Source: Eledone cirrhosa (Eukaryota). Taken from it: 64,000 nt of DNA. The notes under the pieces are model-generated. The model made no database searches, was not told where the DNA came from, and saw only the letters and a program-made list of their open reading frames with translations. Numbering within the stretch: the first letter of the stretch is position 1; every line of letters starts with the position of its first letter. Both the position numbers and the translations under genes were made by a program. Positions 39,781 through 52,934 of the stretch are shown here, one piece after another. The stretch covers positions 135,656,001 to 135,720,000 of the forward strand of contig OZ024742.1 in the NCBI GenBank assembly GCA_964016885.1, read 5' to 3'.

Positions 39781-42700
39781 TATCCCTAATGAACCATATC
39801 TATTGACAAAAGCACTTCATCCTTGAATAGCCCGTCTTTTATTCAAACATAAAAGTACATTTTCACATGCATCCTTTTAATAAAGTGTTCATGATTTAAT
39901 CTAAGCGAGAATTGGCTGTTATTTCTAATGGCTCGAAGGACTGTTTAAAATCATCTTCGTTGACATGGTTGTTGTTTTGATGTTGTTGTGATTGTTCTTG
40001 TTTTTGTTGTTGTTATGTAGTGTCTGGTCTATCCTGATCGTTATAGCAAGCCGGTAGTCAGCTGAATGACGTGTTTGGTCTATAGATCCATCTTGTCAGA
40101 TATAACGATATTTCCGCATAGCTGACTACCAAATTACACATTCTGACATGTAGTGATGAATCGTATTGGGTGCAGCGGGACAATCTTGACGTATTGTGCT
40201 CTTTCCGCTGTCCAGGACTGTCCTATACATACACGACAGTAGATTTCAGTGGTTTCACAGTGAATGCGAGAGAATTTTATTTTGTCAGAACATGGAAGTT
40301 ATTTCACTGCACTTATTGCTAGTGGCCAATGTTTAATCTTCATAGCAAGTGTGAGGATACCCTGAAACTTAAAAACATTTGTTTAAACATTTGTTTAAAC
40401 CATTTGTTTAAACCATGAAATAACAGACGCGTTGCGAAATGGTTAGAAAATTAGATTCACAATTGTGAGTTTTCGAGTTCGGTTCCGGGACAGGGTGTTG
40501 CTTATGTCCTTGAGCAACACACTTTGTTTCACCATGCTCTTTCTGTTGGTACATTGTATCACTAATGGAAAGTCCATTGGAATCATTGCTACCATGGTCC
40601 GATTGGACGAGTTCCACCCTACTCGGTAAGCGTATGAGCTCTGGAATCATGTCGATCGTACAAAAAATGTATTTTAACCATGATTTACATGTCATATTTA
40701 CACAAAAGTTATTGCACAAAATTAGATTTAGAATTACGCAAACAGGGGGCAACTGCATGTAAAATGATCACCTTGGTGGTGTGCATATCAGCACAATATT
40801 TGGATCCTTGAGGTTACTGATGATAAAGCTATTTCTGCGTGCAAGTGTTCCTTATACTTATAGGTGAAATAGTAATTTATTATTCTAAATTATTAAAGGT
40901 GTTTGTAGGTCGGTGCTGCAATAAACTTGAATCTATCTATGAATTTGATGTTCAAATTGTTTTTAAAATCCCTGGTGGTGCGTTAAATAACTACCTATTT
41001 TACAATAAAATTGTATTTCTATAGTAAAAAGCAATACAGCTCCCACTTCAAAGCGTTTACTTTGTCCAAATAGGAAACCTCACCATCTATATTGGTGACT
41101 TACGATTATAATGTATTGGGTTTGATTCCTGTACTCTGCAGTGCGTTGTGATTTTTAGCAAAACACTTCATTTTATGTTACTCCAGTATATTCAGCTTAA
41201 CATGAGTATCAGCAGTAGCTGAGGGATTAGCTCTCCGGTGGACTGGCGTCATGTCCAGGGGGGGAGGGGGTCGTTTACTCTCAGTCCCTTTACGCCACGG
41301 AAACCGAGTAAAACACAAACCTGATGAACTTTCTGACTCAAGACAGACATTAGACTTAAATCATCTAGATACACATCATCCTATTTTCCACTAATCCTCT
41401 TCAATTTCGGCTGTTTTCCCTCTACATGTATCCCACCTCAAGATCGACAAGACCATCTTTGTCCTTAATAATCGAATTCGGATGTATTCGGGTAGTATAT
41501 TTTAAAAAAAACAAAAACAATTCTGCAAATGATAAAATACTTGGTGTTTTGATTTATTTTTCCACATATAATATGTGTCATGCATATACGAAGCGAAGCT
41601 GCTTAGTAGTTATCATTAGAAGAAATAACACGAATAGCTGGTTTACATTTGATATAAAAGATTTACTTCACTTCACTTCATAACTAAGAGTTATAACGGT
41701 TGAAGATGTTTTTGACGTTGCTTCATGATGCTGGTGTAGTCTGTGACCAGATAAGGTGAGAAGTCCGTAGACTAGGAGCGAGAGAGAGAGAGAGAGTAAA
41801 GGTTTCTAGAAATTTGTAGACCTCAAGGGCCTCTAGTTAGAGGTGAATGTTTTGCATATCTATTCTCTCGCGTACTGCTCCGATCTCGCTTTGCTTGGTC
41901 TGATACACGCTATTTATACCGTCGTTTTCTGTTTCCCGCCTCGAGGGATCACCCACGCGTCAACTTGTTTACGCTGAAAAGGAGGTGACCCGGAATTTGA
42001 CCTTTCTGTGTCACCCAGGGTTCAAGGTGTGGACAGATTTCAATACATATAGATATGGTAGAGGCAAGGTAGCTTAGTCTATGGTTAATTGGATAGAGTT
42101 GTTTAAATATTGTGAGATCAAATAATCTTCTAATATTTCATTGTTTCTAAACAAAATTCTGTGAGAATATTTTTGAACAGTTTTTAAAGTCTTCAGAATA
42201 TTTTGGCGTTGATCATTATGTAAGACAAGGCCTTGAACGAAAATCTAAATTGTAAAATTTTTACCCCAGACATGTAAAACAGACAAGGGTGTGGTTTTAG
42301 CTCGCCTTAGAAAAGATATATTGAAACAGATGCAATTCAAGCTATAGTCTAAAATTATACGACTCAAAAAAGGGGAAAAAATTATTTCCTCAAAATTTTG
42401 AAATTTGAGAATACAATTTACATTTCTTTATTAGGCTGAAAGGCGGCTAATTGGTGCAGTCGCTAGAATGTCTGATAGAATGATATGTACTGTTTGTTCC
42501 CTCTCTCTATCTATCAGTTCAAATCCTGGCGAGATCAACTTTGATTTTCATTCATTCAAGGTTGATAAAAAAAATGTACCAATCTAGTACAGAGCTTCAT
42601 TCTTCCACTTTATTTCTTTCTCAATTCTCTCTCTATCTATCCTTCTCTGGAATAATACTGTTGTATTCAGACCTAGCGAAGACATGGGCTCTATCAGCTT

Positions 42701-43484
42701 TAGTAAAATGCCCTAGAAACACTGTATATCAATATGCTGCCCCTACGACGCCTTCAGGATTTACGGGGAAAAACAAAAGCAAAACGATTTGTCTGACTGA
42801 ACAGAAATGCTTCCCATGCAAGTATAATCCTAATGTACGGTCTGTTTGAGTAATCCCCGACAAGAGAGAGAAGTATTTAAATAAAATTCGTTGAGTAGAC
42901 CATCCGGGTCCAGTGATTTATTCATCCTTGACCCGCCCCTCAGTAATATGCATATCTCAGCTCATGTTATCAACTTATCCCTTGCATCTTCAGCTGAGAG
43001 TAGTGAATACAATTTAAAGTAAGATTTTAAGTCGATCAATAATTTTAACCCAGACAGTCACACACGATTCACACTTGCCTGGAATTGAACTTGTCATGGT
43101 CAAATATTGTACCATACTTTTGTTGGCACGTAGCATTTCCAGAGTCTATCAAAATGCTATCATAGTTTCGAGAATTAATGAAATCCGCTTAGCTCGCACG
43201 TTGATGGCTTTGTGCTTTTCACGATCTTCAATATAAGAATTAGTAAAATTCTGGGCAGTATTTCCACACATTGTTTGCATCGGGTGACAATGCCTTTCAT
43301 TTGACAGTGCTGTTAAATAAATACTAGTCAAATACTAGTCAAATACTGAATAAATTTCGCAGGTTCAAATATTTCCTAAATTATATTGCATTCAACTATT
43401 TCGATATATGGTGCAATGCTATGGATTTCAATAAGTATGGTTATTGTTAATGAATAGTACTATTATTATTATTGTTGTTGGGAA

Positions 43485-43690
43485 GATGGTAGATAAGTAG
43501 TATGGTCAGCGTGTCAGACAAATTGTTTAGGGCTATTTCGTCCGAAACTTTACGTTCTGAGTTCAGATCTCGCTGAGGTCAGCGTTGACTTCCATCATTC
43601 CTGGGTTGATAATATAGAATACCAATCAATTCCCGAGGTCACTTCATCCAACTTTTCCCTCCCAAGAACATTCCTGGCATCATGCCAATA
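43485..43690 (+). mobile_element. Old SINE copy
   Basis: ctgagttcagatctcgctgaggtcagcgttgacttccatc...gataatatagaataccaat is a decayed version of the SINE core. A similar copy lies at about 50065-50200. Confidence 0.55.
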
Positions 43691-44657
43691 TTAATTTTAT
43701 GCGAGTACGAGTAGTATTAAAACAAAATATCTTAGTTTGTTATAGAAATAGAACAGTATGTCAAATTGTAGTTATTTTTTTTTTTTCTGAATTTCACGTT
43801 TGTTGTTATTACTGCAGCTTATTTAGCCTTACTGTTTTCTTTGTTGTTGTTGTTTTGTTTCGGTGGTGATAAACGCTACTGTCATCTGTACAAATACAAT
43901 TACTTACAAACAAGAGGATGTCTTAATGTTTTGGCGTGTGATATAAGGATTTTCGGATCCAACACCAATCAATGAGACAGACGTCTATCTCTACCACTGT
44001 TATGGAAATTGTCTGCGCTTGTTAAGAGGTTAACTCCAGAATATAGACAACCATGGGGATTTGAGTGTGCTGAGGTCTATAAAGGTCTCCTGTGGAGGTC
44101 ATCCGATGTCTCAATTGGTCTCCAGTGGGAAATAATTCTTGAAACCTAATAATATTACGGATAGCAAGCATCGTTTCCGAAATGGAAATACCTGATGGGT
44201 GTCTCCATCGTGACAGTGCGTGAGTTGCTGGCTTAATGGAAGAGGATGAGAGAATAAAGAAATGGGTGGAGTAAAGGAAATAATGGATAGATTCTTCTTT
44301 ATGTGTGCATAAATGTCTACGGTGGTGTGTGTGCATGAATATGTATGTGTGAATGTTGACAGACACGTATAAATATACTCATATACGTCTGTGCGTGTTT
44401 GCTAATGCATGTATGGATGGTAAGATATATATGCCCACACACAAACTAATATATATAAATATATAATATATATATATATATAAACAATTATTATTACTAT
44501 ATATATATGTGTGTGTGTATGTAGTATAAGTATTTATGTATATATACATACACACACACACACATATATATATATACATATGTGTGTGTGTGTGTGTGTA
44601 TGTATATATACATAAATACATATATACATACACACACACATATATAGTAATAATAAT

Positions 44658-44842
44658 TGTTTCTACTTTAGGCACAAGGCTAGCAATTACCCAGTACATT
44701 ACTGGTACTTTATTTTTATCGACCCCGTAAGGATGAAAGGCAAAGTTAACCTTGGCGGGATTTGAACTCAGACCGGAAATGGACGTAACTATGCTAGAAA
44801 TCATGGCGTCCGACCCTCTACCGATACTGCCAATTCACCGCC
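44658..44842 (-). mobile_element. Young SINE, 17-bp TSD
   Basis: TSD tatatagtaataataat at 44641-44657 and 44845-44861. Confidence 0.9.
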
Positions 44843-44849
44843 TATATAT

Positions 44850-44948
44850 AGTAATAATAATAAATGTGAAGACTAAAATCCAAAGAGGGCTCGTTAAGGG
44901 TGAAAGCAGCGATTATTTGCTTAAACTTGAATCTGTTATTTTAATAAA
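44850..44948 (+). repeat. Short repeat family C (ggtgaaagcagcgatt)
   Basis: Copies at about 17580-17675 and 30815-30880; partial copy at about 16405-16443. Confidence 0.7.
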
Positions 44949-44974
44949 TAAATATATATATATATATATATATG

Positions 44975-45046
<72 letters not shown>

Positions 45047-45047
45047 G

Positions 45048-45085
<38 letters not shown>

Positions 45086-45171
45086 TAAAATGACAGATTA
45101 TATAAATAAATAAATAAACAGACTAAATAAAGATGGTGTAAGCATACAATACAACGGGAGGAAACAATAGC

Positions 45172-45213
45172 ACCACTGACGATGTTGCAGATGTGCAACG
45201 AAAGATCTTTGTT
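45172..45213 (+). ncRNA. Minimal hammerhead ribozyme motif with intact catalytic core
   Basis: CTGACGA (45176-45182), T, perfect stem II GTTGCA-gatg-TGCAAC, GAAA (45200-45203), palindromic stem III AGATCT, CTT triplet. Stem I pairs only 3 of 4 (ACCA/TGTT). Confidence 0.6.
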
Positions 45214-45384
45214 AGACTATATATATGTGTTTGTGTCTATATTGTATCTGTATTTTTGACCATTGGTCAGTCAATGGTAACATTGAGGACCGAATAAATT
45301 AAATTAACCGATATAAAAGACACATAAGCGAAAACCAACCAAACAGTGAGTGTGTTCTGTTATTAATTCTGGCAATATTATTAC

Positions 45385-45450
<66 letters not shown>

Positions 45451-45456
<6 letters not shown>

Positions 45457-45547
45457 TTAATAAATGGAAACTATATTTATAAAACCATAATTATAAAACC
45501 ATGATAATTATGGTTTTATAAATATAGTTTCCATTTATTAATATATT
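45451..45547. repeat. Perfect 44-bp inverted repeat with 9-nt spacer
   Basis: 45451-45494 is the exact reverse complement of 45504-45547. Confidence 0.92.
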
Positions 45548-45853
45548 GAATATTTACTCCACTATACTGTTGAGTGCTTTATATCAGTTATAACATTTTT
45601 AAGGTTGTTGAATCCCAACAAATTAAATATAACCTCTGCATATATATATATATTTATATTTATATATACACACACACATAAAGTAAACAAAAACAACTGC
45701 GAGGAAGCATTTATCAACGTTCTTCGTCAACAGTGTTATATTACCCAACTTCCTCAAATACGATTAATACTTATCCTCAATCTTGGTTCTTTGTGTTGGG
45801 AAACACATATTTCAGCTTTCAAATTCACACACCTTTTCTTACCTCAACCGCAT

Positions 45854-45991
<138 letters not shown>

Positions 45992-46062
45992 ACTGGTTAG
46001 TTTATGTATGCATGTATGAACCAACAGTTAGATGAATGAATGCATGATTGGAATAAATTATG

Positions 46063-46094
<32 letters not shown>

Positions 46095-46417
46095 AGTTTG
46101 TGTATGTTTTCTGTGTGTATTTATATTGTATGAATATGTGTGATGCGTACAAATATTTATAGTAGAAGTTATTGATAAATGGATTTATAGTTTATTGCAT
46201 ATATATCTGTGTGAGCTTATGTGTGTTTTTTCTGTATGTTTGACTGTATGTGAGTGTGCGTAAGAGTGTATTGACGTATGAATATATAAGTGGTTGAATG
46301 TGTGAATGGATGGATGCAAGGGTAGATAGTGAAATAGATGGACGGATAGTTGGATGTTTGGTAAAATGGATAAAACCTAGTTTGAATAGTTGGGACTTTA
46401 TACAGTATGATTCATGT

Positions 46418-46545
46418 ATAACTCCAGATTTTCTTGAGATGCTGCAATGCTTTTCTTCGTTTAGCAATTCTGCATTTGACCTTTATGTTAGTGGCATCCT
46501 CTTCATCGATATCATTGCCAGTTATATGAAAATCTCCACATTCTG
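46418..46545 (-). pseudogene. RTE-type RT C-terminal fragment
   Basis: DFHITGNDIDEEDATNIKVKCRIAKRRKALQHLKKIWS resembles the RTE pattern F.YLGS.I......V..RI.KA..AF..L..IW. Confidence 0.5.
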
Positions 46546-46637
46546 AACAGCAATATTACTCATGGTTTGTTGCTTGTATAATATATTTTGAAAACTTTGG
46601 ATTCCGTTTAACTTTCTCAATATATGGAAGAGTTTGT

Positions 46638-46685
46638 TTTGGGGTTCAGTAACAAACTCTGTATCCTTAATTTATTTACTATATT

Positions 46686-46772
<87 letters not shown>

Positions 46773-46815
46773 GTTTGTTATTTAAGGATACAGAGTTTGT
46801 TATTAATTTATTTAC

Positions 46816-46856
<41 letters not shown>

Positions 46857-46908
46857 AAATAGTAAATAAATTAAGGATGCAGAGTTTGTTATTTACTGAA
46901 CCCCAAAT
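46638..46908. repeat. Inverted repeat enclosing (TA)n and partial internal copies
   Basis: tttggggttcagtaacaaactctgtatccttaatttatttactat versus atagtaaataaattaaggatgcagagtttgttatttactgaaccccaaa. Confidence 0.8.
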
Positions 46909-47112
46909 CAGAAGTAGTAACTCGACAGTTAGTTCATCATACTGAGAACAATGTTTCACCTTATTCGGGCAGTCCGAGCTGAAGATCCGCATAAGGTGAA
47001 ACAATTGTTCTCGGTATGGTGAACTAACTGTTGTGTTACCACTTCTACCAAACTCGTCCCATGGACTGAGTGCTCTACCACTACGGATATTACCTTCCAG
47101 TGTTCTACGTTT

Positions 47113-47160
<48 letters not shown>

Positions 47161-47164
<4 letters not shown>

Positions 47165-47773
47165 GAGGTAAATATCTCACTGGGAACAAAGTACCCATAG
47201 AGATATATAGGGTGTCCATAATATAATTGTTGTTCTATGGTACTAATTCGAGATACCAGAACTATAAAAATTGATGAGCAGAACAAACAAACATTAAACA
47301 ATCCTTTAAATGAATTAAAAAATGATTTAAATATCTACCTGTTCATAATGCTATTACCGGCGGTTTCTATTTACAAAAGATTAGAAATTCAGAGAATTTC
47401 CAACGGAAAGTAAATTTCATCAGATAGCTATTTCCATTCTATAGGACCTAAGTCCCACGGTCCGCAAATATAATGCCAACTACCAGCTCGTATGAGTTAT
47501 GGCCGTTAAAGTGACCCACACGTGAACCAGCCGCTAGTGAAAGCGGGAATATTACAGACGTGTTGATGGCTTTGCTGCTAAAAAAATAGCAGTAAGCAAC
47601 AACGAATTTTTTCTCTACATAGATTGGAAAATATATAAAAATGAGGTAAATATCTCACTAGGAACAAAGTACCCATAGAGATATATAGGGTGTCCATAAT
47701 ATAATTGTTGTTCTATGGTACTAATTCAAGATACCAGAACTATAAAAATTGATGAGCAGAACAAACAAACATT
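47161..47773. repeat. 135-bp direct repeats (47161-47295 and 47639-47773)
   Basis: aaatgaggtaaatatctcact...gaacaaacaaacatt twice, with two substitutions seen. Confidence 0.9.
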
Positions 47774-47822
47774 TCCGGTTGGTTGGTGGTTGGTTCCATA
47801 ACCGAATGGTTGTTCATATATT

Positions 47823-47865
47823 GTCAAAGTTCGTTCGTCACACATTATGTGACCTCTTCAGTGAC
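47823..47865 (-). ncRNA. Hammerhead ribozyme motif in the Penelope 3' region with a core substitution
   Basis: Minus strand reads GTCA-CTGAAGA-G-GTCACA-taatg-TGTGAC-GAAC-GAAC-TT-TGAC. Stems I and II are perfect; GAAA is changed to GAAC. Confidence 0.6.
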
Positions 47866-48049
47866 TGGGGATTCTTTTCTTTGTTTTGTGCCTCTCCTTT
47901 GTTCTGTCCTACGCCATCTTGTTTTTGTGTGTGCTGTGTGCTTAGTTTGCGCATGCGTTACATCCGGGTGTTTGTGTTTGTTTTTATTTGTTTATTTACA
48001 TGTTACTAGCTAGTTGTTTGTTCTATGTGTGTGTGTTTTCATTTTGTCC

Positions 48050-48364
48050 TTAATTGTAAGTTGTGATGTTGCTATTCCATTCATGTTTTCTATTTAATTT
48101 TGGTTGGAGTTCATTTATGTTTATTGCCTCTGTGATTTGTCTAAACATTGCGTCTTTTCTGTGTGTGGATTTTATTTTTATTTCTATGTTCTCTAATTTG
48201 CCCTTATGTTCTATTTTAGCATGTTGGTGGAGTACTGATGAGTCTTTTCTATCTTGGAGTTCTCGCCAGTGTTCATTTAATCGTTCTCCTATGCTACGAG
48301 CTGTCTCACCTATGTACACTATATTCTTATCTTTACATTGTCCCTCAGTACATCTTATGCCATA
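48050..48364 (-). pseudogene. Penelope GIY-YIG endonuclease domain
   Basis: [32 protein letters not shown]...SSVLHQH...RQITEAINI..LQPKLNRKHEW. Confidence 0.85.
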
Positions 48365-48427
48365 TTAGCATAAGATGTACTGAGATGTACATACACATGT
48401 ACATGTGTATGTACATAAGATGTACAT

Positions 48428-48460
<33 letters not shown>

Positions 48461-48461
48461 A

Positions 48462-48499
<38 letters not shown>

Positions 48500-48529
48500 G
48501 GTGAGAGAGTGGGAGAGAGAGAGAGACAT

Positions 48530-49143
<614 letters not shown>

Positions 49144-50439
49144 GCGTAGTTTGAAAATAAGGTAGGATCATGCATTCCGTTTTATATATTTGAAGTACCT
49201 ATTCGAGAAACAAAAAGGAGCAATTCTAATCGAAATATGAATGGTATATATTTAAATGGAATTCTTTCTTCTTTTTATTTTTCGTGTCTTGTCTTTCACA
49301 CCACTGCAATATTTCGATTGGAGATGTGTCCAAAATATATCCAAAGCCGGAATGAACAAGTCAAGTACACATTTGATCAAATGTCTTCAAAGTGAAATTG
49401 ATCGATAATGATGCATGGTTGTTACTGGGACAGCAATATTTTAAATATCCAGCTGGATAGAAAACATTCACTATTGACATTCTTAAATTATCATCTTCTC
49501 AGCCTCTTCTGTAGTGACAAAAAAAGTATTTTGCTGCATTTTTAGGTAGAGGCATAATCTTAAGAAAAGGTTCTAATCCCGTTTTCATAAGGATTTCTTT
49601 TACTTCATTTTCAGCTGGTATAATATCCTTTTCAATTTCTGTTTGTTTATTTTAAAGAATATATTGACAGAAGCCTTCTTCAATTTAAATACCAATATTG
49701 CATATTGGTATTTAAATGGAACATAATTAAAGTGAACAAAATAAAGGTTAGGCGTTTTCCAAACATTTCAGTAAGTGTCATGAAAATGTAAAATATGTGT
49801 CTTTCATAGCTGAATGCAACAGCTTAAGTTTATATTTTATCTTGGAGGTCTTCATAGCATCGTTTCTGATTGTCTATTCATATAATAATTGCTTTGTCGT
49901 TTAGTAACCAGAACTTCAAATTTCATGTATGTAACATTGCTGACATTTTCCCAACATTTGAATATGTAAGTTTTCTCTGGGTTCTCGTATGTACGCGTAT
50001 GAAAATTATTGGGGTGTTAAACTTCGCGACATTACGGTTTTTACCCATTTTAGATAAAAGAATATGGAATTGGCGAAGTCATTAGAGCTTAGGAAAAAAT
50101 CTCTTTCGGTATTTGTTATGGTTCTCTGCGCTCTAAGTTTTAATCCCACTGAAGGCAACTTAAATTTAATGCATTCGAATTTGAAAAAATAAATACTATT
50201 CTAAAGTTTTCGGAGTAATTAGTTTCCTGTATTTATTTCAACTTGATACTGAAGGGCCATAAAACGATCACGTGTAATGCCTACTAAAGAGTAATAAAGC
50301 CTACTTTTATAAAAAATAATTTAAATTAATTAAAACACTTTTCCCATTCATTTAACCATATCAACTTATGTTATATGACGTGTATACAGTGAATTATTAA
50401 ATGAATACAATGTACATATTAAGTACTAAGTTTTCCAAA

Positions 50440-51715
50440 AATACCCCTAAAGACAGAACACGGCGGCCAGTGATCACTAAAAAGAGACGAGAAGCTGTGA
50501 TGTAGGTGAAAGTTAAATAGAACATATAGAAGATGCGAGAGGAGTGTGTTGGTACGTACGAGTAATAACTAAAGAAGAAAGGAAGACAAGTGGACATTAA
50601 CCCTTTAGCATTTAAACCGGCCATATCCGGCCAGAATTCTCTCACGTCTTTCTGTTCAGACCGGCCATAACCAGCTGCTCATACTTATGTTAAGATATTG
50701 TTCTCAAAATAAATAACGGGAAAATCTCGTAGATTCGATATTATGTGAGATAACTATGTAAGATAAAGTATTTACCACAAAAATACAATAATATAGTAAT
50801 GTGAATGCTAAAGGGTTAAGGTTACAAGATGAGTCGATATTAAAGTTACATAACTTACCAGACGGTACAAAACCACAGACGCATCTAACCTCGTCAGCTC
50901 TCAATGTGCTTTGCGGTTTCGCACGAAATAATTCAGATGACCTCAATATTTTAAGCTAGCTTAAGCAACACAAAATAAATAAACGTTTCTGTGGGTAAGA
51001 TGCGTATGTGATGACAACAAACATAACGGAAGAGAAAGACGAATCAGAGAGCGAAAGAAAGTGTGCCCGGCCAGCAAAAAGGACAGGTACATCCCTAAAT
51101 AGAAGTTGTAGCAAGCGAAAGTGACAGCAGGAACAAGCAAGGTGTGGAGGAGATAGAAGAAAAAGAGAGGAAAAAGAAATAAAGAGAAAACGAAGTGATG
51201 TTGTCAGCCCCAAGTCATGATTCCTGCACCAATAGGAACGCTAATGAAACATATAAATAAACATTTGTTGCCTCGAAAATCATCAAGACGAAGAGCTACT
51301 GTAGTTGAAAGGATGACAACATTCATTTTTTTTCTTTTCCCTTTCTTCTCTCACTCTTTTCTCCCCCTTTCTCCTCAACCTGTCATTTGGTCTTCTCACG
51401 CTTTTTGTTCCCGCTGTTGCTTCCACTTGCTGCCACTTCGGCCCTAGAGCTGTACTTTCCTTTTAGCTGGTGACGGTTACTGACCGGGCAGACTTATATC
51501 TTTAATTTTGAATCTTATTGTCTTCCTTTCTTTCATTCTTCTATACTTATCACTGTTACGTACCACCACACACCCCTCTCAATCTTCTATACTTATCACT
51601 GCTACGTACCACCACACACATCTCTCAATCTTCTATACGTGTTTTTCTACCTTTCACCAACCTCATAGCTTTCCTTAGTAATCGCTGATCACTGCTTGTC
51701 TATCCTTAAGGATGT
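50440..51715. repeat. Large degenerate fold-back (about 1.3 kb)
   Basis: 50440-50590 resembles the reverse complement of 51518-51715 (gtgatca, ggtgaaag, gtgtg.tggtacgta, gaaaggaagacaa). 51070-51205 resembles the reverse complement of 51314-51470. Confidence 0.6.
50601..50815. mobile_element. piggyBac-type MITE
   Basis: TTAA TSD at 50597-50600 and 50816-50819. Perfect 12-bp TIR CCCTTTAGCATT / AATGCTAAAGGG. Confidence 0.88.
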
Positions 51716-52250
51716 TTTGCCCGACCGTACATGCTCTTGTCATTGCTGACATTCGGCTGTTTGTGCAGCTTTTCTTTACATTCAAGTTTTCAACTTGTTC
51801 CTGTAGATTTCATATATTAGATATATATATATATATATATATAAACATTTGTGCCAGTGAAACAGCGTCGCTTCCATAGTTTTATTACCTACAGAGATGC
51901 AGTATAGGTGTGAGCAGTCACATTTCTCCACTCACCTGTGCTGAAGTATCCTATGTTGCTGAGTTGTCAGTACCTGGGGATGGGGGTTGGTCTTACCAAA
52001 TCTATGCATATGGGAGGGTGTAGACACGCAAGAATGATTGAGGTGATGTTGAGACGGTTATGGTTTAAAAAGTTGAAGCATATAATCATCATATATATAA
52101 GTGTGTGTGTGTGTGTCGTTGTATATGTATGTTTATATAAATATATATATATAAATTATATACATGTATATATATATATATATAAATATATATACATATA
52201 TATATATATTTTTATTTTGCGAGGTTTTTAATATGAAATCGTGTGTCGAA

Positions 52251-52652
52251 ATATTGTTATACTTGGGGAGGGTCATATTGTTGTAACAATATTGCCAGAA
52301 ATATTAACAGAACACACTCATGGTTTGGTTGGTTTTTGCTTCTGTATCTTTTATATCTCCACAGTTAATTCATTTGGTCCTCAATGTTTATCATTGACTG
52401 ACCATCGGTCAAAAATACAGATATAATGTAGTTATAAACACATATATATAGTCTAACAAAGTTCTTTCGCTGCCCATCTGCAAATCATAAACATTGCAAA
52501 TGATAAATATCTGCAAATGATAAATATTGAGGACCAAATGAATTAACTGTGGAGATATAAAAGATACAGAAGCGAAAACCAACCGAACAGTGAGTGTGTT
52601 CTGTTATTATTTTTGGCAATATTATTACAACAATATGACCCTCCCCAAGTAT

Positions 52653-52660
<8 letters not shown>
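52251..52660. mobile_element. Fold-back element with about 145-bp arms, same family as 45185-45390
   Basis: atattgttatacttggggagggtcatattg... / ...caatatgaccctccccaagtataacaatat. 52275-52487 (-) aligns with 45181-45390 including the 3' half of the hammerhead. Confidence 0.85.
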
Positions 52661-52713
<53 letters not shown>

Positions 52714-52717
52714 TAGT

Positions 52718-52762
<45 letters not shown>

Positions 52763-52872
52763 AGAGAGGGAGAGAGAGAGAGACAAATGGCGAGATTAGA
52801 AATAGGCTATTTCCAATCTCACCATTTCTCTATAACCAATGTTTTTTATAGAACCTTACTTCCCTTTTCAAA

Positions 52873-52934
<62 letters not shown>

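Larger units (their letters stand above)
47775..48384 (-). mobile_element. 5'-truncated Penelope-like element (GIY-YIG plus 3' pLTR)
   Basis: GIY-YIG ORF, downstream hammerhead motif, and a 17-bp fold-back at the truncation point (48344-48360 / 48368-48384). Confidence 0.8.

Noticed and set aside
40140-40830. Very old minus-strand LINE C-terminus (TIHHYMSEC)
   Set aside because: Only one or two weak motifs, insufficient for a call.
41320-41345. CTGATGA hammerhead core
   Set aside because: No downstream GAAA or stems; it lies in the SINE 3' region.
41735-42047. Possible solo LTR (TG...CA, minus-strand TATAAATA)
   Set aside because: No matching 4-6-bp TSD or second copy was found.
43078-43310. 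Candidate minus-strand exon (aacag acceptor, GCAAGT donor)
   Set aside because: All three frames contain stops and no domain is recognisable.
49200-50060. Possible decayed coding sequence (IIIDQFHF, Walker-B-like)
   Set aside because: No accompanying motifs, and multiple stops.
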